The position numbers and the translations under genes were made by a program. DNA of 64,000 nucleotides, taken from NCBI RefSeq assembly GCF_000143415.4, contig NW_003314323.1, positions 748,499 through 812,498 on the forward strand, in the 5' to 3' direction. The DNA is from Selaginella moellendorffii. Taxonomy: Eukaryota > Plantae > Lycopodiophyta. The notes beneath the pieces were generated by a model. The model was not told where the DNA came from and made no database searches. It was given only the letters and a program-made list of their open reading frames with translations. Of this stretch, positions 38,011 to 49,977 are shown piece by piece. How positions within the stretch are numbered: the first letter of the stretch is position 1; every line of letters begins with the position of its first letter.

Positions 38011-41000
38011 TAAAATTTGTAAAAAGGGTTTCCAAGTATGGGGCAAAATTATCCAATGTATACTGTATGCTGTGGCTGAAGAACTAGAGTTTTCAGGGAT
38101 TGGAAGCTCATGCTCACTTTGGTAAGAGTAGATTTGTGATGGTTTCCTATATGCTCTAACCCTTTTGCAATGTTTGAGGTTTTTGGGTTTCCTCATGGCA
38201 TGGCAAATTGGAGAGGATTTTATGACTTCTTTGAGGCACAACAATGGATCCAACAAGGGACAAAATTGAGGATTCTATATGATGTTTCCTCCTTTCAAGG
38301 CTCAACAATCCCTCTGACAAGGCAACCCAAAACTACTTCTAATGTTGTGTTAATCACCGAGGGGAAAAGTCCCGCTAAAGAAAGTGATAGTAAGGGATAT
38401 ATTACTGCTCAAGATGCAAGCGAGGACAAGTTCACAGACCTAGAGGGTGATTTTAGTTCTACTATGAAACAGGTTGAGAGTTCCTCAACCGAGGATGGGC
38501 ATCATATAGCACCCAAGCTCGATAGTTTTGACCCAGATCTTAAATTGGGAGCTGCTTTGGAAGCTATAATGATTACCCTTGGTGAGGCAAGCATAAGCCA
38601 AAAGGTACCAAGGGCCGCAAGTGCTTATAATGGGCATTCGTGGAATATTTTGAATATTCTTACTTTTAACTTCACCAATGAACTAAAAAGAGTCTCTTTC
38701 AAAGTGTGAAACATATTTCAAGACAATTATCTATTTTTATTGTGAAAGTGTCTAGATTGTGGTACTTCCATAACATCAGCCCAATCCATACAAGCTCTCT
38801 AGATTTTGGAGTGCTTGGTGGATCTTGTGTTTGGTCCACTCTATTGATAGGTATGTTAAAGGGAAGAAAACTTCTCGTGTGCTTGGGAAATTGAGTAGAT
38901 GATGTATCTTATCTCTCAACTTGGATCCAAATAGGCTCTCTTGGTTGGAACTCTGGAGAATCAACCACAAAGTGATGGAACTTGGATAACTCTTTCGGGC
39001 TCATATCTATAAAATGTTCAAATATACAAGAGTTTTAGTTGTTTGTGAAAGTAAATAGTTACCTCGAATGATGTTCACAATCCAGCTGTAGAATTTCTCT
39101 CCAAAATCCTGGTCAAAGATCAAGCAGTTGATGAACTCTGCAGAAGGAATGGTCGTCCTTACCCAGAAGACCTATAACAAAGCATCTGTCCTAATGAGTG
39201 AAAGCCTACCTAGCAATGCTAGACTCTTGTAAGGCTTTTGATGAGCTTCCATGCGCATTGCGTGTTGGAAGCCATCTTGGAGTAAGTCTCCCACTATATT
39301 TGGCTTGATGAATAGGTAACGCCAGACCATTGCAACCACACATGCCTTCACAGCTTGCTCATAACCTTCACCAAGTTCAGTGAGTCTAGACTCAAGCACT
39401 GCATTGTAATTGGTAATTGCAGGGTTCTCTAGAATGGAATCCACAGACTTGCACCAATTGCCCTCCTCCTTTAAGCTTGATGCACCTTGCAAATGGTTGA
39501 GTGCATTCCAAATATGTAGTGCGCATGCCTTGAAGTCCATCTCATATAGTCCTCTTCAGGCAAGTCGTCGGTCATTCTCATCTGGAACCTCTCCAGTTGC
39601 AATTGCCAATGTTGCAATTGTACACCCGCGAAATACTTGTGTGTTACATTCGAACGCTTGGAATAACAACCAACCCATAAAGACAGCATGTGCATATAGA
39701 AATAAGGAGCATATAAAACTTGTGCTATAAAATTAACTTACCACATCCTACTCTTCTTGTCGCAACGTCCTAGAATGCACTGGCATCTTGGGATGCCAAT
39801 ACATAGCTCTTCCCTAAGCACAAATAGTCCATGCGTTTGTAACATAAAGTTACTCTAGTGAGCCAAATGAAAATTAGATTTACCGATTTTGGAATCTAGT
39901 GAATAGCCTCTCTAATGGCTTTTGCATGTGGCCCACCCACATCTATTGTGGCTTCCTCTCATACCAAAGCTCCTCCAATCTCAGACGCATAGACCACTTT
40001 GTAATTCAGTGTGTGTAGATTAGTATTGAAGGTGAATTGGAAACAACTGAATTCATTGTTTGGTGCAATCTGGAAGGATAAGTGAGGGAACTCCAATTCA
40101 TAGGCAATCCATTACTTACCAGAATGGAGACGGCCTCAAATATGTATGAGTAAGTCTGCATGGCCGAAGCATGGCCTTCTTGATGCAAAAACAGGAGAAC
40201 TTACAATACAGTGTTTCAGTAGTGTCAAATAGTTCTCTCAATTGTTGTGCAACTGAAAATAATAAGATGGTACTAAGTGCTAAGAAATAGATACACATAC
40301 CTCTTCTCAATAAACCATGTTATTGTGGACCCAACAATTGAAGGAGGCACATTAATGTTTCTTTCAACAAGGAGTTGTTGGATTGTGTTGTTATAGAACA
40401 CACCCTTGTACTGTGCTTCTAAAAGGCCAAGCTGAAGGAGAACACTCTCCCAATCCTACCAATGAGGCATAGTTTGGTTGAAAAGCACGTGCTAAAGAAA
40501 TATTTCACCACCAACCCAATAGAACTCAGGGTATTTAGCAACAACATCTAGCATCTCCTTGTCACTTGTGTTCTCCACGCTAAAGCAACCAAGAAGCTTA
40601 TGTTTCAGCCACTGCACATGTGAGAGAACTTTAGCATCCCCTGTGCCCTCACCTCAAGGGCTATGGTGGCATCCTGTAAGGCAGAAACTTCCTCATGTTG
40701 CAACACGATGAAGTTGGCACTATCCTAAGTGGTTAATTGAACAGCTTCATTAAATGCATTGGTGGCATTAGTCCATTGTTGTTGATGCTCCAACAATCTA
40801 CATGCAAACGTTAGTTAAATTTCGAATGCCACAATTTTCAATTATCTTACTCTACTGTAGAAAAGTTGTCAAGCAACTCCATAAGAGTAAGCGGACTGGA
40901 GCTACTTCCCTCTAGAAAGGGGGGTGGAGGCACACCATGGTTTTCAAGGCCTGCGCTGTCACTATCATACACTATTATTGGCCTATCTGCACTCAGAAAT

Positions 41001-44000
41001 TAGAAAATGAAGGAAATATTTATTTATGTTAATACTTTTTACCAGCCACATGGCTTGGAGCCACTATTTCTGGTGACAAGGATGTCTCCAGAGATCCTTG
41101 GTGCGGTTCATCCTCACCATCACCTTGTTCTTTGACTTCAGTAATGTTCATGTTGTCTTGTGTGGGGAGAGTTTCTTCCGGTAATGGAAGAATGTCCTCT
41201 TCATCTGCAGAGTATTCTTCTTCATTATTCTTATCTTGGTTTAGTTTTTGCGTGGTTGGCCTCGAGAGAAATGGCTCTATCACTAAGAGATCATCATTTG
41301 CAATCAAGGTATTTATAGCAGCTACAACTGCAAAGACCACAATATATATTTGTGAGGAGGGAACTTAAAAAAAATAATGACTTAAATTTATGAACATCCT
41401 TCTCCTTGAGTGCTCGGGCTTGTTTTTGATAACTTAGCCAATGTTTGTCACTAAAATACTCCATAACATTGTATAGGTATATTATTGTTGCCTAGTTGCC
41501 ATTGGCCTTGTTTGCTATAGCTCCCCATGATGTTTGAGGAGGCCAGTAGCAAGGCCGGATAGAGCTGAGGCCAAATTTTGCAGACTCGGCATGGGCCTCA
41601 CCACCATTGGATTGCCTTGCACGTTGGACAAATGCTCCTGGGTTGGTCATAGATGAAGGTTGGATTCCTGAGGCTTGGAGTGATAGTAAAATCACATGTT
41701 GGGCCATATCGGGCTGGAAAGGAATACTGGAGTATAAGCCACCCCATATGAGACACTCTAGGAAGTCCATTGTCAACTCGTCAAGTTTCGTCACTTTCAC
41801 AAATGGCTCTCTTTTCCACCCATACAAGTGTACATGCCAAGTCTTTGGGATTGCAATCCACTTGGTGACAAGAACTGTGGTGAACGGTCGGGGGACCAAG
41901 GGTGTCGTAGACGACATCCCACCAATGACTTTGGATCGACTGCCACAACGTCCATGACGACAAGATAAAGACTGCCGATTGTTATTAGCATAAGTGTGCA
42001 TTGCAGCCACAAGTGGTGAGAGAGTCTAGCATAGTGAAACTGTCGCGAATGTGACTTCAAGTATCGAAAGTTACTTGCCAGCCAGTCCTTAAGGACACTC
42101 TTACCTTACTACCACGATGGCAGGAGGTCAGTATTGCCGGTTCCCTTTATTAGCCCTTTTTGTTCAAGTGTTAGTAAACTGGACTTTGCATCTGTACTTA
42201 GCCGGATGAGCATAAGGAAGGAATTCCTAAGTGTCTATTTAGCTGAGCATACTTGGCCTAGCTTGTTAGTTCTCTTTTGCTCTGTCTTGCACTGGCTTGA
42301 CAAGAACCCTTGCGTATTGAGATTAATCCCTCAATATCACTACATGATAGCTTACCGTGTCTGCCAAACACCCTCGCTATCATGCCCTTTGTGTTAGTCT
42401 CAATTCGGTCCCAAATGCTATTTATGGAAAGTGTCCAGATTTGCTCATTTGGCATATCTACGGAATGTAGAGATTGTCTTGAACACAACAGTGTTCGTCC
42501 CATGTCCAAATTTGCAATCTAGGGACATTCCATATTTAGTAAGTTTCGAGCTTGTCCTAGAGACTAACTCCTGATACTAAGGGAGGCTTGGGGTGAAAGC
42601 CCAAAGCATGTGTTCCTCAAGGGGGGGGGGGCTATGGGGGTTTCAAATGTATAATAGAGATAGTGGGTAGGTTGAGTATGGCCGACCAACCTAAGGCATA
42701 GTTTAGCTCCCGTTTGCGTGCCTGTCTTTGTTCTACGTTTAGCTTAGGTTTAAGCCCAAGTTCCATTCCATGCTAGCTGGTGGAGTACCCATATCCTCGC
42801 GTTAGGCCACTGGTATGCCGAAATAGCGCCAGACTCCATTTGGCTTCGTTTTATGTGCTGGTCCTAGCATTGGGATGCTGGTTGCTCCAGGACTGTTCCA
42901 AGTCGCTCCGGGCTTCTGTCCCTTCCCTCCTTGGGCTGTATGCTTGAGAGTTGCTCTGTGGTCCGGTTCCATCACTCCTTGGCTCCATGCTTGGGAGTTT
43001 GGCATCGTTCCTTCATTTAGTGGCCCAAGGCTTTGAACCTCGGGTTCCACACCACGTTCCTTTGGACACGTGGCATGTGACATGTGGCATTTGTCATGTG
43101 GCACAAAGAGGGTTTAGGTTCTGCTTCGTGGTATTATTCTATGGTAAATCACCATAGGATAAAGGGTCAAAACCACATGTGCTACATGAGTCAAACAAAT
43201 TCAAAGAAAAAAAAAGTTGAAGAATGCATGGGTCATATTATACCTATGGCTCACATGGCAGCTTGCCTTGAGGGTCAGCTTGAACATATCTGGATGTTGA
43301 AGCTCCACTAGATGATGATGTCGATCCTTGGGAGTAGTTGTGGAATGCTGATCGGGAACTATAAACTTGCTGGTGTGGCGCAATTGTCAACTCACCCTAC
43401 GCAGAAAAACACATGGAAAAAAGATGGGTACAAATGAAAAACTTACTAAGCTAGACCACTTGTTACTTCGGGAGGTAGATGGCTAGGTATTGGCACTTGT
43501 ACCAGTGGATGGAGTTGCATAAGTTGTAGCGGTTGGTGGAGTTATGGGGCTGGTAGTAGTGGCACTATATGGGCTTCTGTGAGTACGTCTTGTAGTTGGT
43601 GTTGGTGGCAATGTTCCAGATTGGACAACATTGTGGGCATAAGGCATTCGGACTTGCTCATTTTGGATGTTTGGGCTGTTGCTTTCCAAGGAAGGCGAGG
43701 AGAACGAAACATGCTAGAGGTTCCGCATATATTGTAGTGTATGCAATGTTAGGCAGTGCTCTGCTTGCTCAAATGTAGTTGGGAGTTGTGGATGGGATGC
43801 TATTGGAGTTGATGTCCCTACTGCAGAGCTTGGAAAATCAAGTGGCTCACATGTGTCTCGCGAGACTGTTGGCTATATCAATTGCGGAACATCGAGTGCT
43901 TGGCTACATGCTCGTGAGGTGTTTCCTACATAGTGTCTACTGTTGTTGAGGCATGTGGCATTCTTGCTTTGAGCCTAGAAACCACAAGGGATTGGTTATG

Positions 44001-44299
44001 CAAACTTGATCAAGGAGAAGCTACCCACCATCGCAGCTATGGCACTCTTGCTTGGGCGGTGGTCCTGCAATCGAAGGAGTGTGCACTAGAAGCCCTGCCT
44101 CCGGTTAGATGACGCGAATCGATTAGAAAAAATGAATGAATCATCGACAAAAATTATGTCATAAAATGAAATCGCCTCATATCCAAGACACAATTAATAT
44201 GGGTGGGACTTGGTGTAAACCCTAATCCTGAACGTGGGAACCCTAAAATTGAAGAAATCAAGAATTGAATTTAAATTTGAAATGTACTCTAAAGAATAC

Positions 44300-45800
44300 T
44301 CAGTTTTCTCTGAGTATGGCTAAGCATAATTTTTCCAAAGCTTGTCGCTTCACTAGTGTTGCTGTAGGCAAGGCACTCTCAATGTAAAGTGGTAGATCTA
44401 CACCTGCAACATCAACCATTGCACATTCCATTTCTAAATCCAAATGAAGTAGATATTGTTTGTCCAAGTTGAGTCCCTCCCGATGTATAAAAAATACTTG
44501 GTTTCGAACAGTGCCAAGAGCCTGTAAGGTAGTTAAGCACAACGAAATAAATTTAAAGAAATTGTTCTATTCTTGCTCTAAAGATTACCTTTGACAGAGT
44601 TGCACCTTCGACATTGGAGAGAAATGGTCTAGGAAGGTTTTCAATATCTTTTCCACAACACCGGCATAATCTTACAAATGCACAATTTATAAAGAATTCT
44701 ATAACATTACCAAAATTCTTACCCAAGCTCTTGTTCCATCAGTTGAAATAAGTTTGCAAGAACATGAGATAGTCTGAAGTAATCATCACATCAATATAGA
44801 CGGACTTCATGGAGGTTCTAGGTTGCAACCCAGTGTGAAATGTCCTTCTTGAGGTATGGAGCAAAGACACAACATAGACTTTGGTTGTGCCATGGATTAG
44901 ATACATCAAGAATTCTTATGTCTTCCAAAAACCACACCATGTGCTCAAAGAGCTCTCTTCACAAATGCTCTATGCATTGCAAAACAAATTTGATTTAGTC
45001 TTTATTTGGAAAAACTCTAACACTATGAGTACTTGGTTACATGTTGATGTCTCATGTATGAAGCTCCTAGCTGTAGAACCTTAATAGCGGACCATGTCCT
45101 TCTCAACTTCATTGTGCTCTGGAGCATTGTTGCTCTGGATCCGCTTGGGCCTTCCAAATTGATAAACAATCTGTGCATATGTGTTGAATATTGCATGGGA
45201 TTCTTTGGAGGTAGCTAGCTCACAAACTACAATATAATAAGTTGCACCGCAAATAATGGCATATATATAGAAACCATAGCTTACAAACTCGCAATATGCT
45301 ACAATAAACATGTTACCACATATGTTGAAATGAAAGAATATTCACAATCTATATGGCAAACAGCATAAGCCTCTTCGTTCTTATAAATCTGTCGTCAAAT
45401 CCTTGTCATGTGCCTCTGTTCTAGCATAGTTGGATCGTGAGTGGCTAAGGCGTCACAAATTTGGCGTCAGCTAAACCAATATCCTCCACTTCGACAGGTA
45501 GATTGGGAATTGATAATTCCCCCAGTTTGTGCCACCTCGAGTCATAGCATTGTTAGTTCAAACATGATGAAGTACCTCTTCGGGTGGTACTTTATAATAT
45601 ACACCTCTCCAATTTGGATTGACAAGCCGCATATATTTGTACAGTGTTGGCTTGGAAATTCTAAGATAGCATGCGAGGTAAGCAATAGTCTTAGTCTTGA
45701 GGATCTTCAGGTGCATCCATGTGCCAAATGTGGTTGGACTACCAAATCCCCTCAATCACAAAAAATTATGGAAAGCCTAAAAACGTGCAAATCATGACTC
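44300..45800 (-). mobile_element. Degenerate intron-containing integrase-core DDE transposase (eukaryotic IS3/IS481-like type)
   Basis: Spliced HID/AYCEFVSYGFYIYAIICGATYYIV...YGRP-like FGRPKRIQSNNAPEH...SFIHETSTCNQ parallels the WHIDGxxKL..GF.IHG.IDG.SR...G.P.RVRSD.G.EN...S.I.G.S..NQ pattern; in-frame stops present. Confidence 0.55.
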
Positions 45801-46793
45801 TAGGAGGCTAGAAACTAAACAAACCTCTAGGAGAGCATTATTGACACTATCCACACCAGAACCACAGTCCGAATCACTAAAATTGGATGGAAGGCCATCC
45901 ACCTCGTCTTCCAGTAAACCTAGAAGAAAAAGTTTCAGTGACACAAATTTGAAGTAAACTAGGGAGAGAACTATACTCATGGTAAGAACTTGAAAGAGCA
46001 ATCAAGTAGTAAATCAAAGCCACTTCCAACATTGCCCATAAAAACATTTGAAACCAATCACTAGCAAAACAAGTTACTTTCCGCATTTGCTACCAAGAAA
46101 CATGCCAAATAACAAAGCACTAAAGCAAGGCGCTAAGGCAAGGAAGCACCTCCTAAACCCTATGACCTAATGAATCCCTATGTCATGGGGTCAAACTTGA
46201 TGATATGTGGCATCTATGTATAGCACATTGTTCATATTATGGGGACATCATCGACCCATCAGGCTAGCATCCATGGGGTATCCATGAGGCATCCAAATGA
46301 CAGTTAATGCTGAACCAATAGAAAATTGCCACATGGACACTATATTGTGAGTGAAATCTACCACAGTAACACTCACCCTTTTATGAATTGCACACCATAC
46401 AAACAATGTTATTCACAACTTCTAGCATTTGTGCTCTGCTGCAAGGGAATGGTATGGGAAAGAATGTGTCCTTTTGGTACTAAAATGCCATGATTTATTG
46501 CAAATGTGTTGGTGATAAAGCCAACGTTAGTTGGGTGTCTTTTAAGTTGCAAGAAGGTGTGAAACACAAAATCCCTAGGCCCCAAAGTGGAGCCGGAAGG
46601 GTGCCATGTGGTGGTGGCCGAAGCGAAAACCAAATGAGCGTAACACGTTTGGTCTAAAAAGCTCCGACTTGAAAAGGTCGAGAGTGGGAGTGGAACTCCT
46701 AACGAAGTGCTTGAGGAACGAGCACAAAGCGAGCAATAAGCGAGGCTCCAAAAAAGGGACCCAGAAAGAACCAACACATGACACGCAGAAGTG

Positions 46794-46990
46794 TCCGAGA
46801 TGGACCCGAGATGGAGTCCGAGATGGAGCCCGAGATGGAGCCCGAGATGGAGTCTGAGATGGAGTCCGAGATGGAGCCCGAGATGGAACCGAGACCGAGA
46901 CCGAGACCGAGGCCGAGACCGAGGTTGAGTCCGAAACCGGAACCGAGACTGAGTTCGAGTTTGGGTTTGAGCCCGAGTCTGAGTCCGAAT
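46794..46990 (+). repeat. Minisatellite of 12-bp (CCGAGATGGAGY) units grading into 6-bp (CCGAGA) units; poly-G run at ~47036-47058
   Basis: Directly visible tandem array. Confidence 0.9.
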
Positions 46991-49179
46991 ACTAATACAG
47001 GCAGTTGAGTGAAAGCCCAAAGCGATCGTTCCACAGGGGGGGGGGGGGGGGGGGGGGGCCCCCCTGGGGTTCCAAAAGTATAGTAGGGAGAGTGGGGGTT
47101 GGAGCCCAATGGAGTCAGTTTGGCTAGAAAGGGCCAGTTTGGCCCAGGAAAGGCTAGTTTGGCCCAGGAAGGCCATACCCAGTGTTGGGTGATGAACTGA
47201 CCACTAGGAAGTCCAAGACTAGAGTGAATACGGACCGACAAGCGGGGTAGCTTGGTGAAGTGTTCAAAAGTTGGCTCTAGTTCCTCCGGGAGATCAACTG
47301 ACCGATGCTCCCAGTCCAAGTGTGGGTGGCACTACCTACTTGGATACCTGGTGTGGCTCAACGGAACCTCGCTCTAAGCCTCTGGCTAGAGCACCCAAAG
47401 GCAGAAGGCGGGAAGAGTACCCATGAGGCCCGCGTAGGGCCATGGTGGTGAGGAAGTCCTAGAGGACCGTGGGACTTAGTGGTTGGGCCTATGGGCCTCG
47501 ATCCAGTGGCAGTGTTGGTGAACACGGCCATGGGCAGAAAGGGACTTGGTGAAGACTGGAAAAGGGATATTGGGGAAGGTTATTCCCCATGTCTGTGAGC
47601 ATCCTAAGGATGCTAAGGAGTGGATCTGGAATGATCACTCTTGGACGGATGGCCCAGTCCTTGAGAGATGGGACTGTGATGTAGGTGGTGTTAGACTTCC
47701 GGTGTGACCAAGGTAAAGGGGCATGGCCTTAGCATAATGGGCTGATATGTCAGTGGTACCTTGGGGTGTCGGTCATGGGATTGGACACGTGGAGCACTTG
47801 GATCAAGTGCAAAGGTTGAGTGGCGGGGATGCCATTCTCGGGGCTAGCAAGCCCAAGTCTGAAATAGGACTTATGGAGGTTGTGAGTGAGACTCCTCCAA
47901 GTGGTTGGAGGTGTGGTTAAGTGACTAAAGTAGAATGGAAAATTTAGTCGTTTACAGAAGGCAATGCTATGTATTATGAAATCAGAAAGACAGTTGGTGG
48001 TGTCAACTTGGTGTTTGATTTGGTGACATAAAAAATTTGCAGTGCTAGCTATTGTACGCCTTTTGAGTTAGTCATGCCTAAATGCCGACTCTTGAGTAGC
48101 ACAACAGCCTCAAATTTGAATTCTCTACATTCATCCTTTTGTCCCTTCTTGTGTGACATTCTAATGTTTTGCATCAAGTTCTAAAAGACCTAAATGTAGC
48201 GGAAGACACTGGTGGAAAATAAATAAATCATTTAAAAAGAATCAAGCATCATCTTCAAGCTGGCCACTTCAGTCACACTTCAGTTGCTTAGTTGGGGGCC
48301 ATTTGGGCACTTTGAAATCCAGGTTTGGAAGGGAATCCAGGTCCACTAGGGACTCAAACTTGAAAGCTTCTGAGGTGTCCATAGTATGGATGGCAATGGC
48401 ATCAGTAGTGAGCGAATCATAACAAATCTCCCCAATATATAGCTTGTCCCCCTTCAGTACCGAAAGCTCTTGAGACGTCCAGAGTGGCATCGGCATTGAG
48501 CAGTATGTGGGCTGTCCACAGCTGGATGAAGCTCTTGAGAAGTCCAGAGTATTCAGCAAATCTCCTGAGTATGCGGCCGGTCCACTGCTAGATGCTCCTT
48601 CAGTACCGAAAGCTCCTAAGAGGTCCAGAGTAGGGAGGGGGATGGCATCAGCATTGAGCAAATCTCCCCAATATGCTGCCTGTCCACTACTGGATGCTCT
48701 TTCAGTACCAATTGCCCCATGTGCCAGATTCAAGCCAAGACTAGTTACTATATCCCACCGATCTTCACCTTGGTAGGCGCTTGGAACAGCACCATTGCTT
48801 GATGCTCCCTGGGCTCAAGCTAGACAATCAGTCTCCTCTGCCCCTCTTGGAATCCACTTTGTTGCTGCCGCCTGGAAAAAGAACATGGGGAGCATTCCTT
48901 CTTTCGCCCCTGCCCCTACCCCTACCCCTCCTAGAATCCACTCAGCTACTGCTACCGCTGCCGCCCCTTCCAATCCCACCGATCCCACTACATCTAGTCC
49001 CCATAGTGGAATTCCAAAAGCCAATGGAATTCCCATTGCAATGACGGGAGTGGGGGAGAGTAGCGGAGAGCCAAGTACCTGCATTGCAGCTCTCGCCTAG
49101 TCCGCTAGTGCCGTAAAGGAGATTATCAAAGAGCCAGGTACCACTTGTGCTGGGGACTCTACCACCTAGTCCATTGGCG

Positions 49180-49480
49180 CCATAAGGGAGAGTATCGGAG
49201 AGCCTGGTACTGCTCGTGCCGCCTGGTCTGCTGGCACCATGAGGGAGAGGGTCAGAGAGCTGTGCACCTACATAGCAGCTCGCGCCACCTGGTCCGCTGG
49301 TGTCATGAGGGAGAGGGTCAGAGAGTTGGGCACCTACATAGCAGCTCGTGCCGCCTGGTCTGTTGGCATGGTGAGAGAGAGCGTCAGAGAGCCGGGCACC
49401 TACATAGCAGCTCGAATCGCCTAGTTCGTTGGCACCGCGAGGGAGAGTATTAGACAATTGGGCACTTGCATAACAGCTCT
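49180..49480. repeat. ~66-bp tandem repeat (about 4 copies) in an open minus-strand frame (GASCYVGAQLSDPLPH-like units)
   Basis: GAGGGAGAGGGTCAGAGAG...CACCTACATAGCAGCTCG repeated; lies within ORF 48942-49610(-). Confidence 0.8.
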
Positions 49481-49977
49481 GTCCGTTGGCACCGCTTGTG
49501 CCGGACTCACTAGCTGCACCCCTCCAGTTTGGAATCCTCGATTCATAGCACCCCTTAGACCTAGACACTCTGGGCAATGCACAAGGCGATGCGCCATACT
49601 CCCCAGGCAATTTGCAGCTTGCGCTCGGGTGCCAGCCTGGAATGCTGGACTCATAGCTTGCCCTAGAGCAGCTTGTGCCTCCATTGTGCCTCTATTGCTC
49701 TTTGTGGGACAAGCAAATCTCCCTAGAGTATGAGCTCCTGTGTTTTTCTCACCATGGCTTAACCTAATAAAAAATGTGTTGTGAAGTTACATTTATCCCA
49801 TAGTATATTCTAAAGAATATTTTTCCTTTGTGGTTTACCTTGCTCTACTCCTTGTAGACATTGAATATCAAGTATAAAAACTACCAATGGCACAGAATCC
49901 TCATTTAGAAAATCCACAAATGCTAGAACAACAAGCTCGTAAAAAATATGATAAGAGAGCGAAGAAGGAAGAAGAGC

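Noticed and set aside
39060-39700. Possible distant homology to the triplicated unknown gene (MDFKACALHI vs MDFKDASLQI; FDQDFGEKF vs FGKDFSGHF)
   Set aside because: Only two short motifs, with different spacing. It cannot be supported without a profile comparison.
46794-46990. CRISPR-like appearance of regular repeats (also at 49180-49480)
   Set aside because: Repeats are contiguous without unique spacers, there are no cas genes, and the context is eukaryotic.
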